Shown: in pieces, positions 26,962-37,739 of the stretch
Numbering within the stretch: the stretch's first letter is position 1
Layout: each line of letters opens with the position of its first letter
Assembly (NCBI GenBank): GCA_963728565.1
Contig: CAVSLC010000006.1
Span: 56,940-120,939 of the forward strand
From: an uncultured delta proteobacterium
GTDB taxonomy: Bacteria; Desulfobacterota; Binatia; UBA9968
Direction of reading: 5' to 3'
Length of the DNA stretch: 64,000 bases
The notes under the pieces: model-generated
Told to the model about the DNA's origin: nothing
The model's database searches: none
What the model saw: only the letters and a program-made list of their open reading frames with translations
Translations under genes and position numbers: made by a program

Positions 26962-29900
26962 GATGATTCAACATTGTCACGCCGCTTGCGTGTCAGAGAC
27001 GACGGAACTGGCAAAGGCAGGGAAATCGACAGCACATTTGCAGAATTCGAGACGGAGGACGCGATCATTCTACTTGGCGATCCGGGAATGGGCAAGACAA
27101 CGTTCTTTAAGGATGCTTGCCAACAGGAGATTATACGTACCGTCCGAAATTTTCTGATTGATCCTCATGTCTGTTGCTGGGCAAGGCACTTTTCCTGGAT
27201 GCTCTCGATGAATACAGAACGTATTGCAAGCGGGCAAGATGCGAGCAGCCGAAGCTTGCGAAAGAACTGTGCTGCCTTGAAAAAGCCGAAATTTCGGTTG
27301 TCGTGCAGAGCGGCAGACTGGTTCGGCTCGCCGGATCAAGAAGCTCTCAGGGTGGCAAGCGCATCCGGACGCATCATGGTTCTCGAACTGTGTCCACTCT
27401 ACACGTGATGAAATTCTGAAAGCTGTAGCAGGAGATAGTTCCAGACCCCTTCTATTTCTGGATGAAGCGGAATCAGCGGGGCTCGGAAACTTCTTGGCTA
27501 ACCCGCAAACTCTTGAACTCGTCGCGCGGGCGTGGGGAACCAAGAAGAAGCCTCGGAACAAGTTCGAGGCATACGAGATAGGTGTTTCTGAACTGCTGAA
27601 GGAGATGAATCCTCAGCACGATTCGCGCGCGGCGTGCCCAGTCATCAATCTCGCTGATTTGCGGAAAGCCGCAGGCGCAGCCGCCTCCACCTTACTCCTT
27701 TCAAACTCGGTTGGTATCTCGCGCGCAGAGCCGGCGGACGGCGCTGGCTAAGTTAGGCTTCCAGTAGTGCCGTATTCGAAGAGAATCGACCTTGATGCCG
27801 TCTTAAGGCGACGGCTGTTTATTTCGTCCGAGGGGATCGGTTCGAGCCATCCACCGCAGATTGCAGAGTTTTGGCGGCAGAGGATCTAGCTGCGCGCATC
27901 GCGAACGGCCTTCCGATTGATCGAGTAATGGCACTGATATGTGCGGTTGATGGAAGACCAGTTCATCGCTCCGAGGCTTTTCGCCTGGTTGATGTGCAAG
28001 CTTGGACATCTCGCCGAGAATTACGTCGAGCGTGACCCCTATGGAGTTGCGACGTACGGCGACGCCAGCGTGCTACCACCAAACGCACAATGCGCTATCT
28101 GGGCTGGCCTTCGGGAGCTTCGCGATCCATGGTTTCTCACGAACGAGGACGATCGCGGCTCGTTCCGTGATCTCGCCAATCTCAATACAGTCAACATCAT
28201 ACGCGAAATTCTCCAAGACCCGACGACCGGAGTCATCTGAAAATCACCGCCTCGAAGCAATCGCAAACAGCACAGAGAATATTCGGACTGAAGCGATTAT
28301 ACGTAGACATGGTGTTGGAAAAGCACGACAAACACGTGGCTAAGATCAACAGCTTTGAAGGGCCTTCGCCACATCAGTCCGGAAGCGATTGGAGGCGATG
28401 CTTGGAGGCTCTCGATCGTGAACTGGCCCAAGCAACCGATGATCCTCGCCGCTCCCGAAGTGCGAGTGGATCTTCTCCGCCTGACACAAGCATGCGGCAG
28501 ACTGCCGGCCTGCGGTTGCTCTCGATCCATGGAACAGGCGGCTTCTGCCAAGGAGGAACGACGCGTTTTCGGCCGCTTCTATTCACTAAGTCGCTCTGCC
28601 GTCGGATGCCGATTTGGACGTAATTCTCGACGGGGCATCTCGGGTGTTAATAACGGAGAGCAGGGATCGTTTCGAGCTTTCAGTCGCTCTTTGATGAGTG
28701 GTTAAAGCGGCGTCTTGAGAACCCTGCACCGATTACGCCCGTGCAGCTCGCCGGTTGGCTTCGGAAGCATATCGAGGCGGCAGGGAGCGCAGCCGGAGAA
28801 GAATCTGGCTCCTCTTGAAAGTCACGATTCGAACAGGATCCAGCGCTCTTTGAAGAGTGTGTTCAAATGGCTCGCTCATGCCATGGTTAAACGAGTACGG
28901 TCATTTTCGTTTTTCCTTGGCGTGGAGCTTTGGCAACTACTGCCAGCGACGGTGTGGCCCGTTCCCCAGTGTGAATTCTTCTTGGCGTACGCCGAGCAAG
29001 GAGAACGATCCGGAACGTGGGCAGACTTCTTCCGAATGTATTTGGCTTGGTTCCCGAGCGAGAGGAGCGTCCTGTCGCGCTGGCCGACGCCGGTTTTGAG
29101 CTGTTGGACCGCCGACCTGATGTTGCAAAATTGGGAATTGGAACGGTGCAAGATCGAAAAATGGCGAAAGGAGCAGTCAAGAGGCGAGAAAAGGAGAGCC
29201 GTAAACTAGCGGCGAACCGCGCGCAGAATATTACCTATTTGACGCCGCGCCTGACGACAATCCGAGCAGGAGGCGAGGAAGCCGCGCTTGCGTGGGCGGC
29301 ACGTATCTATCTAGGAGTCTTCTACGATAATGAGAACGTTTCCGGCGCCACGGAGCGTTTGGTCACGTTGACAAATGAGGAGATCGCCGAGGCACTTGTT
29401 GAAGGGTTCATCCGGTACGTGGAACATGCGGACGATGCCGACATAAAGAAGCGGTGTTCAATAGCTGGCGCGAACGTAATATTCTTTCCACGCACACGTT
29501 ATTGAGTTTGTCGGTCTTTTTGCGACTCAATGCGGGCATGAGCGTGCCCGAGGAAGCGCTGCCGGCTTGTATTGCGGCGGTAGTTACAGTTCTGAATATC
29601 GGGGACAACGTGCCGGGCTAGTATGAAACATTGTCGGGATGGGTGATTGAGGAAGCACGCACAGAATCCCTCAGTCGTCCGATCTGGGTCTACGCGAACT
29701 GTGGGTTACTAGCGCAACAAGATGGGATGGAAGCCTGCCGGGATTTTATGAGCTCAGCCACGATCGCGGCTCTCATGCACTTTCTTGCGTCAGTTGTCGG
29801 CTGAGGTTCTCAAGACCGGGATCAATGAGGATCTACGACACAGTTGGCGAACTCGTATCAGTTCTTCTGCTCCATGATCGGCGAGCCGCCCTGGGAATCG

Positions 29901-30990
29901 GCGAGAACGAACTTGCGCGAAACGACATTATCGGCGGAAGTGCGGGCCATCTGGAACACGGCTCTTTTCATGATCGACCCGAATGAATATTTGGAGTGTT
30001 GGCGAACTTCATGTCCGGACGATGCGGCTCTACGGGAAGCCATTGAAGTCATCGCTCACAGAAGAAGGGTGTCAGTCTCACATCGCGCAACGACGGAATC
30101 GTTTCATCGGAAAATGATATCCGAATATGTGAATCCGATTGGCAGTCCGAAGGTGAGCCTAATTGGACGGGCGGAATTTGTCGACCAACCAGATCAAGCT
30201 ACTAGCCGCTGATGATTCACTGGACGTGAGCCCACTGAACGATTGGAGAATGACGACGGCTGGCAAGCTACCGCGATCTATCAGACATTAAAGGGCGCAG
30301 CACGAAAGCGGCAGCGTGAATCTAGCTTCACGTTTGCATCGGCTGAGCAAGTCGCAGAGGCTATTGGAAATCGCGCTCCTGCTACCCCAAGAGACCTTTT
30401 GGCCTTTATAGTTGATCACCTTGATGCTCTCTCGCGCGAATTGGCACGGACACAAAGAGAGAGATACCGCGCCTACTGGAACGAGAGTGGGCGGAAGCTC
30501 GTCAAGCCGAAACATGAAGAAGTTTGCTCGGGATTGTTGGCCGATGATCTACAGAACAGAGTGCAAGGCTCAAAGCCTTATCGTGACGGTGGAACACCAC
30601 ATGATTGCAGACAAGGAATGCGATCTCATGGTTTTGCAGGGGATCGAGCGGCTTTTGCCGATCGAGGTCAAGCACCACTACCACGCTGAGTTTTGGAGAG
30701 CATGGCGCACCCAACTTGATCGTCTTTACACGCGGGACGCAAAGGCAGGTGGACTCGGCATCTATCTCGTACTCTGGTCGGGTGAGGCAAAGGGCCGCAT
30801 GATGCCTAAGCTTCCGACTGGAATTGAAACGTCCTATTAGCGCGGCCGAGCTTAGGAGTGCACTTGAATCACTCATCCCGGAAGGAGATCGCCACCGGCT
30901 TCGCATTGTTGTCGTAGATATTTCGGGCCTTGATGTCCACCGCACTCGTTCGTGCTTAGATTTTAAACCTCTCCGTGTCTTCCTCCGATA
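26962..30990 (+). pseudogene. Large STAND/NACHT-like NTPase with a C-terminal PD-(D/E)xK-type nuclease; many frameshifts and stops (decay or read errors)
   Basis: Fragments in changing frames: Walker A IILLGDPGMGKT, Walker B LFLDALDEYR, FRLSCRAADW, NPQTLEL, DPYGVATYGD; C-terminal ECDL...LPIEVK...QL..LY...GIYLVLW; ends approximate. Confidence 0.7.
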
Positions 30991-31712
30991 ATCTTGCCCG
31001 TCACATGAGCGCTTTTAGGAGTTTGTGGCCGCTGAGTAGGCGACTGTCGGCCGATTGGCCCAACGCACCGCGCTGTACGTCGGCGCCGAGCTTGTACTTG
31101 AAAAATCTCTACTTCGATAGACTGGTTTAGGATGTCGAAACTCTCGAGTTTCTGGGAACGGAAGTTGGCGCTGATCATTTACTGCTCGGCACTGACTTTC
31201 CCTACGCGCCGGGGTATTGGATGTTCGTCGATAAGCCGAAGGGTTGCCTGGATCGGAAACGGAAAAGTAATTGATACTCGAAGGAAATGTGAGAAAGTTA
31301 CTAAAAATCTCAGCTATCTGAACCAAAGGGAGCCCTAACGTTGCTTCACTGTTGATACATAAGGTAATCCAGTCCGAGCATTTCATTATGTGCTTTGTAG
31401 CAGCATTCGTTCAGGACCATTCGCAATCCCATTTAGTAGCTTGCTCGTCTCAAACTTGAAACATCGGGCTTTAGTAACATCGGCCAACCGTGACGACTCC
31501 TGATGATGAGTTACTTAGCTGTGATATGAGCGTCTCTCCGTGACATCTCGTGTCCTGTCCTGGCGTGCCGCTATGACTCGCTGGAAAGCAGGCATTCTTA
31601 ATGCACTCTCCAGTGACTGTATGGATCGAAACTCTGATATCTCCGGGTCTTTTCGAACTGGGAGTGATCGCCACTGGTTACGCGGCAGGCGCGTTTTGTC
31701 TGAGGATGCTTT

Positions 31713-31958
31713 ATGAACGCAGAAATTATCCTGAAGGACGAGGAAAAAGATTATCTCCTGCAGAGAGCTCCCGAAGGTTCACCGGTGCGCGCGATTCTAA
31801 CCGGGGCTCGACCCGACGACAATCAACCGGCGTTAGTAATTTTCAGCTGTGATGAGCAGGCGGCGTATGCGCTGCTCGAAGTAGCAGAACACCACTGTGG
31901 CTGTGCCTGGAGAGTGATGCATTATCAGATGAGCAGACTCGGTCTTCTCCAACATTAA
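31713..31958 (+). CDS. Small hypothetical protein
   Basis: GAGG RBS, ATG start, plausible composition (81 aa), tandem with the next ORF. Confidence 0.5.
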   Translation: MNAEIILKDEEKDYLLQRAPEGSPVRAILTGARPDDNQPALVIFSCDEQAAYALLEVAEHHCGCAWRVMHYQMSRLGLLQH

Positions 31959-31970
31959 TCGGAACAACGT

Positions 31971-32210
31971 ATGCGGCCGGTAAATTACAAAGAACATGCA
32001 ATAACGGTTCACGCGCAGTGGGATGCGCTCGGCAAATGTTGGTCATGCGATGCCACAGTTTGTGTGATGGAAGCAGGTCGCAGAACAAGCTCTACTGTCT
32101 TCGACACGTTTCGCAGGCATAAAATTAAGGCCAGGGCAGTGACCGCTATCCTAAATGTCACCCGTCAGTGGATTGATGAGGGTAAACGCGATGACATTGC
32201 CGAGCAGTGA
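31971..32210 (+). CDS. Small hypothetical protein
   Basis: 79-aa ORF 12 nt after the previous stop; YKEHAITV...W...ARQWID-like pattern. Confidence 0.45.
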   Translation: MRPVNYKEHAITVHAQWDALGKCWSCDATVCVMEAGRRTSSTVFDTFRRHKIKARAVTAILNVTRQWIDEGKRDDIAEQ

Positions 32211-32364
32211 GATGCCAGGGTCATCATCAACCCTTCGGTATTTGTATGGTCGCGCCGGAGGGAGAGCCGAGTACGGGCACGAATCGGCCCATAGAATGTC
32301 ATCAGCTTTGTCGGCACAGCTCGAAAGTTAAACCTAAAATGGTTTTCAAGCTAATGAGCCAAAG

Positions 32365-33618
32365 ATGAGAAGATCGATCTTTCTGCTTACGATGTTGGTG
32401 TTTGTGGGCTGCGCGAAGGTTTTAGCCGTCCGCAAAATTCCCGAGGTTATTTTCGGTGACGCAGCTTTTTTTCGCACGATCCAAGCCCATACCGGCGCAC
32501 CCATAGTGGGCGGAAATCGCGTTGAAGTTCTACTTAATGGCGATGAAACTTTTCCGAGAATGCTGCGCGATATCAAGAGCGCAAAATCCACAATCACATT
32601 CGCTCAGTATCTCTACGAAGATGGTTCTATCGCCCATGAACTTGCGCAGGCTTTTGCCGAACGCTGCCGAGTAGGTGTCAAAGCAGACATTCTTCTGGAC
32701 CGCCATGGATCGGGTAAAGTCCCGGCCGACATCATTCGCACAATGAAGGAGGCTGGCTGTCACGTCGAATACTTTCGTCAGATTGAAGCGGACGGAATCA
32801 TCTTTCCCTGGCGGTTGTTGCGCTACAATTACAGGAGCCACCGCCGAGTTTTAGTGATCGACGGTCGAATCGGATTTACCGGCGGCTATGGAGTTAGTGA
32901 CGCATGGACGGGTAATGGGCGTATGCCGAAGCACTGGCGCGATACCAACGTGCGAATCGAAGGTCCGGTAGTTAGCTTTCTGCAAACCGCTTTCGCCGAG
33001 AGCTGGCTCGAAACGACAGGCATCGCTATTGGAGGGGACGACTATTTTCCCCGCCTTGATCACGCCGGCAGCACGCAAGCGCAAATCGTCAAGAGTTCGC
33101 CGCTGGGCGGCAGCTTTCAAAATTACATGCTCTTTCTCCTCTCGATCAACTCCGCTAAAAAGTCCATCTTCATTACCAATCCATACTTCATTCCAGATAG
33201 AGTCATGACCGATGCTCTCGTGAAAGCTGCCGGTCGGGGCGTACACGTAATTATTCTGACACCTGGTACCATCGACAATCGATTCACGTATACGGCGAGT
33301 CGTAGTCATTATGGCCCTTTACTCTTGGGCGGCGTGGAAGTGTTTGAATACAAAGCCGCGTTCATGCATGCCAAGACTATCGTCGTCGACGGCGTATGGG
33401 CGACTATCGGCAGTACAAATATCGATAACCGCTCTTTTGCCTTGAATCAGGAAATCAATCTGACCGTTCATGACAGCACAGTGGCGCGCTATCTCGAAGA
33501 AATCTTTCGCGAGGATTTAAAGTATTCCGAGCCAGTGACTTACGAACAGTGGCAGTCGCGAGGTGTTTTTGAACGGCTCTTTGAATTCTTTTCTTTTCCA
33601 ATCAAGGAGCAGCTATGA
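32365..33618 (+). CDS. cls: Cardiolipin synthase-like phospholipase D (ClsB type)
   Basis: GNRVEVLLNGDETFP, HRRVLVIDGRIGFTGG, WRDT, ITNPYFIP and HAKTIVVDG..ATIGSTN.D.RSF.LN.E. Confidence 0.88.
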   Translation: MRRSIFLLTMLVFVGCAKVLAVRKIPEVIFGDAAFFRTIQAHTGAPIVGGNRVEVLLNGDETFPRMLRDIKSAKSTITFAQYLYEDGSIAHELAQAFAERCRVGVKADILLDRHGSGKVPADIIRTMKEAGCHVEYFRQIEADGIIFPWRLLRYNYRSHRRVLVIDGRIGFTGGYGVSDAWTGNGRMPKHWRDTNVRIEGPVVSFLQTAFAESWLETTGIAIGGDDYFPRLDHAGSTQAQIVKSSPLGGSFQNYMLFLLSINSAKKSIFITNPYFIPDRVMTDALVKAAGRGVHVIILTPGTIDNRFTYTASRSHYGPLLLGGVEVFEYKAAFMHAKTIVVDGVWATIGSTNIDNRSFALNQEINLTVHDSTVARYLEEIFREDLKYSEPVTYEQWQSRGVFERLFEFFSFPIKEQL

Positions 33619-34044
33619 TTCCTAAAATTCCCGACCGACAACGCAATCTTCGGTGTGGCTGCGTCTCCGCCGGCTTGCGCCAAATCACAACTACTTACTA
33701 GCAAAATCCTACGGAGAAACGCCAAGCCGGTGACCCTTGTCACGGGTATATCGTTAGGAATTAGCGGGCTAGCTCTCGTAGGAACTTAACACGGACATTT
33801 ACGGGACAGCTTTTCTTAACCTGTGTACATGAAGGTACTAGCCTATCGCGGATCAGCGGTAGTCATGGAGCAGTTGGACAAAGCTGTTGTTGATCCGCAG
33901 GATTGAACTGAAGCGTCGTTCCGTTCAATCCTGCGGGGAATGTCACTGCAGGTAGATTGGCGATATACAGATCAGGTATATTGAATTGGAATCAACGCTG
34001 ACGAAAATTGATTGGCAACTCGTTGACAGGACATAGGAGGAGTG

Positions 34045-34485
34045 ATGGCTCTGCAGCATCCAAACATGACAGTAGCGCATCGGCAGTTGACCGCCAAGGA
34101 GCGTCAGATTCTCGAGAAGCAGGTACTCGTTCACGCTGGCATCGTTTTGCCAGACGGGACACCTCACGTATCGGCGATGTGGGTGGATCTGGACGGTGAG
34201 GATATCATTCTCAACACAGCGGAGGGACGGACCAAGGCCAACGTTCTGCGCGTGGGGAGCCCCGTCGCGCTCAGTGTCCTTGATCCTGAGAACCCCTACC
34301 GCAACCTCGGCCTGCGCGGCCGCGTCGTCGAGGTCATTAGTGAAGAGCGGGGGGCCGGCGCAGGGATCAACCGCCTTGCCAAGAAGTATCTCGGAGTCGA
34401 GGAATACCCGTATCGCGCCCCGGGAGAACGACGGGTGCAGTTCCGGGTGCGGCCCGAGGTCGTTAGCGGTTGGGGCAAAGACTAA
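34045..34485 (+). CDS. PPOX-class probable F420-dependent oxidoreductase
   Basis: DGTPHVSAMWVD, NTAEGR.K, VALSVLDPENPYR, LAKKYLG..YP and RV; AGGAGG RBS. Confidence 0.8.
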   Translation: MALQHPNMTVAHRQLTAKERQILEKQVLVHAGIVLPDGTPHVSAMWVDLDGEDIILNTAEGRTKANVLRVGSPVALSVLDPENPYRNLGLRGRVVEVISEERGAGAGINRLAKKYLGVEEYPYRAPGERRVQFRVRPEVVSGWGKD

Positions 34486-34958
34486 GCTGAGCGGTTTTGC
34501 TGGCAACTCCGGCGGAACAATACTAAATGAACCGCGTCGATGGTCATTGCAGCGGTCCGAACTGAAGTTCAGTTTCAACGCTTGAGCATGTCGCGTGTAT
34601 GTCGATGGAATAGACCTGTTATTCCGTGGGTACATTGCGCAATCGGTCGCAGAAAGGGGCTTTCAGCTTGTCGTCAGGTATCTCTCTGCTAAGAGACTGA
34701 AGGTTCTTGGTAAGAGCCGCGCTTTGAATGATCGGGCCAAAAATGATCATATTTCTGTGTAGCGTGCGGTAACTGCCCGGAATCTGGATAACGTCTCTCC
34801 CCATGTATGTCTTGATCCCTCCAACAAATTTTCTTATTTTTTGGATTCCACAGTGGCTTTGAGGCAGGTCTTCCCGGAGCGGTTGGAAGGCGAGCGCTTT
34901 GGCTGCCCAGGTTTACGGGACGGCAACAAACTACTACCACGAAAGAAAGGAACCCGAG

Positions 34959-35366
34959 ATGGATAAAGATCTGGCGGCGCAAAATTTAAAGGTTGTGGAG
35001 AACCATTTTCATAGCGAAGCGCTCAATGAAGTCGAAGCGGCGCTGGAGACTTTTACCGACGACATCGTTTGGGAGGCGCCGGCGCCAAACGGCCTGAATC
35101 GCTCTTTCTCCGGAAAAGAAGCTGTCGCCAAAAATTATCGGGAGTTATTTGCGTCCATGCGCGATGTGAAATTTCAGTTTCTTCAGCGTTTTGCCACCGA
35201 GGATCGTGTGGTGGATGATAGCATGGTCACGTTCGAGGTTGTGCGAGATGGATACTGGCACTTTCCTCTCGGCAGCAAAGTTGAAATGCGGCTGACTCAT
35301 ATCTTCGAGATGCGCGACGGGAAGATTTCACGGGAGATCGTCTTTGATATGGGGCGCGCTGTTTAG
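34959..35366 (+). CDS. SnoaL/NTF2-like protein
   Basis: HFHSE...ALETFTDDIVWE, GKEAV..NYRELF and HIFEMRDGKISRE. Confidence 0.8.
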   Translation: MDKDLAAQNLKVVENHFHSEALNEVEAALETFTDDIVWEAPAPNGLNRSFSGKEAVAKNYRELFASMRDVKFQFLQRFATEDRVVDDSMVTFEVVRDGYWHFPLGSKVEMRLTHIFEMRDGKISREIVFDMGRAV

Positions 35367-35532
35367 TCTTCAGTTCAATCCGGCAGCCGGGGGAATATTC
35401 GAGAACGAGGAACGTTTAAACCACGTGCCCAGGAGCTGCTAACCCGAGGCTGCTTCTGATTGGCATTTTGTCTCCTGATTGCCGGCCAATTGTTTCTGTT
35501 GACATCGGCGTTCGGCTTTTTTAGATTCGGCC

Positions 35533-35949
35533 ATGATAAAGCTAATCGATCAGATGAAGGATTTGATCAACAACGCCCTGGAGAATGGCTGTCCTTGTGT
35601 TCTCGCCACGGCTGCACCGGACGGTGAGCCCGATATCGGTTTCAAAGGCAGCATGATGGTCTTTGATGACGAATCCCTGGCATACTGGGAGCGCACCAAG
35701 CGGCAGCACTTAAAGAACATCACGGCGAATCCTAAAGTAGTCGTGTTGTTTCGCGACGGCAAGTCAAAAGCCGCCTGGCGCTTTCACGGACTAGCTGAGG
35801 TTCACGAAGCCGGAGCTATTAGAGATCAAGTCATGGCTCGGACTGTCCCGGCGGAGTTGGAGAAGGACCCTGAGCGCAAAGGCGCAGCGGTGGTCATCAA
35901 GCTCGACAAGGTCACTAATATGGCCGGACAGGTTCTACAAAGCCGCTAA
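35533..35949 (+). CDS. Pyridoxamine 5'-phosphate oxidase-like split beta-barrel protein
   Basis: LATAAPDGEPDIGFKGS and NITANPKVVVL. Confidence 0.8.
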   Translation: MIKLIDQMKDLINNALENGCPCVLATAAPDGEPDIGFKGSMMVFDDESLAYWERTKRQHLKNITANPKVVVLFRDGKSKAAWRFHGLAEVHEAGAIRDQVMARTVPAELEKDPERKGAAVVIKLDKVTNMAGQVLQSR

Positions 35950-36254
35950 TTCCGGGGACGTTTCTAGGTTCGTCAGCACTCGGCTGTCTCGACGAATCGC
36001 TCCGTAAGACAGGCACCAGCCACTTGCTCTGCCGGTTCTTTGTTCACGCCGCAGGCAGCTCGCCTGGGAATGCATCCGAACCTTCCATTTAAGCAACCCG
36101 TGCCACGGATCGACTGCTGTCCCATACCTGCATCCTTCAGCGAGGAATAAACTATCTGCCAATTGCGCGAGAGCGCCGGTGTTAACATTCAGATGCCCTG
36201 ATCGTCGAAATATCGAGTGGCACAGTCTTGCGCGCTCGGATCAGGAGGAAAATC

Positions 36255-36479
36255 ATGAATCGGTTAATAGCAAAAAGAGTCTCTGCTCTCGGGCTTTTGA
36301 CGATGTTGGTAACTGGCGCGGCGGCGTGTGATTACAATAGAGATCGTTACAGCGATTATTACCGAGATCGGGACCGCTATGATCGTTACTCAGACCGGGA
36401 CCGCGATGGGCGCTATGATCGGGAGCGAAATTGGGATTGGCGAAATCGCGATCGCCGCGATTGGGACCGGAATAGATGA
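36255..36479 (+). CDS. Small lipoprotein with an Arg/Asp/Tyr/Trp low-complexity tail
   Basis: AGGAGG RBS; basic N-terminus, hydrophobic core and AAAC lipobox; tail DYNRDRYSDYYRDRDRY...DWDRNR. Confidence 0.65.
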   Translation: MNRLIAKRVSALGLLTMLVTGAAACDYNRDRYSDYYRDRDRYDRYSDRDRDGRYDRERNWDWRNRDRRDWDRNR

Positions 36480-36563
36480 TACATCAAACGGCACCTTTGG
36501 GGCGTTCGGTGTGCGCTGGTTCTTAACTTTGAATCCTCAACGTCAACTGCATTGGCGCTCGGC

Positions 36564-37574
36564 TCAATCGAGCGCCAACCCCACCACCTTCGCCGGATTC
36601 TTGGTGCATACCGTATAGAGTTCGTCTTGGTTCAAGCCGAAAGCTTCCATATAGCCGCGCACCAGCCGCATCGCTTCCACCGAATCAGGAAAGAGAGGTT
36701 CCCCGGCATCGCTGGATAGCGTGAAATGCTCCGGGCCGATTTCGCGGATGGTGTTGTACATGATCTGCGGGTCGACGCCAAGCAGCGGCGATAGCTCATC
36801 CCATGTGAAGTTGAAGAGAATCCCGGTCTTGGAAAGCTCTTTCATCATCTCCGGTGAGACATTGAGAAACGGGCTGTACGGATGATCGATGACGGCGCGC
36901 GCGAGACCGACTTTATCGACTTCTTCCGCGAGTTTATAGATTTCCTTGTGCGTTGCATGGCCAAAGAAAAGCGCCACGTTGCGATCGGCGCAAATGCGAA
37001 CGATATCTCTGACGGCGGGCTTCAGTTCGCCTTTCTCATCTAGATTGTAGTGACCGATGGCCACTGCTTTGTCCCACGGAACGGGTCCGTGCCAACCGGC
37101 TGCGTTATTGCCGTCGATGAAACGTTGGTAGGTCCCAACGGTGCTCAAGGTGATGGCATGGGTGAACACGGGCAGCCAGATCGCGCTGACGCCCCGATCG
37201 ATCATTTCACTGACGATGGCGGAAGTAACCGGCGCCATCTGCCGGCCGCACACGTAGGCGGACCAGCATTGAACCGGCTCGACTCCTTCCTTTTCCGCCC
37301 ATCGCTTGACGTCTTCTTGCACATCACGAACAGCTTTAGCCGGATCATCGCCCGGAATGCTCTTGAACAAAATCCCCTTCATCTCCGCCAGCGATGCGCG
37401 CCGGGCCAGGTCATAGGGATTCTGCTGGCCTTCGTGCGCATGGCAATGAATGTCGATGGCATCTTTGACTTTTATATGCGGCGGCCGAACTTCGCCGGGT
37501 TTGTATTGCGTACGCGCCGCGTAAGAGGTCACGCAGCGTTCATGAGTGGGAGTCGAGACGGTATGTGTGCTCAT
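36564..37574 (-). CDS. Amidohydrolase-superfamily metalloprotein (DUF6282-like)
   Basis: IDIHCHA, FFGH, IDHP and LSSDAG metal-ligand motifs; C-terminal NPAKVVGL; GGAGGA RBS before ATG 37574. Confidence 0.75.
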   Translation of the reverse strand: MSTHTVSTPTHERCVTSYAARTQYKPGEVRPPHIKVKDAIDIHCHAHEGQQNPYDLARRASLAEMKGILFKSIPGDDPAKAVRDVQEDVKRWAEKEGVEPVQCWSAYVCGRQMAPVTSAIVSEMIDRGVSAIWLPVFTHAITLSTVGTYQRFIDGNNAAGWHGPVPWDKAVAIGHYNLDEKGELKPAVRDIVRICADRNVALFFGHATHKEIYKLAEEVDKVGLARAVIDHPYSPFLNVSPEMMKELSKTGILFNFTWDELSPLLGVDPQIMYNTIREIGPEHFTLSSDAGEPLFPDSVEAMRLVRGYMEAFGLNQDELYTVCTKNPAKVVGLALD

Positions 37575-37739
37575 ATGTCCTCCTCGAAAGGGCCGTGCAT
37601 GCGTTGTATCAATGACCGGTTGGTTTGCAAAGCGAAAATTCATCACCGACATAGGATCTGCTTGACCGTGGACCTGCGTCTAGCTATTTTCGCGCAATCA
37701 AACGCAACGTCTGAAGAGATGGGCGCAGGAGGATAAAAC

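Noticed and set aside
27749-29621. In-frame TAA/TAG stops in the NTPase as an alternative genetic code
   Set aside because: They occur with many frameshifts, and neighbouring genes use all three stops normally.
33700-33950. Possible att or integration scar bounding an island at about 26.9-33.9 kb
   Set aside because: No tRNA end, integrase or matching direct repeat was found at the other boundary.
34860-34910. Nested hairpin (GGCAG/CTGCC around GTCTTCC/GGAAGGC) upstream of the SnoaL gene as a riboswitch
   Set aside because: The stems are short, there is no expression platform and no recognisable aptamer consensus.
36218-36231. Sigma54-like TGGCACAGTCTTGC upstream of the lipoprotein
   Set aside because: The GG-to-GC spacing is 9 nt, not the required 10; it would hold only if a base was lost in sequencing.
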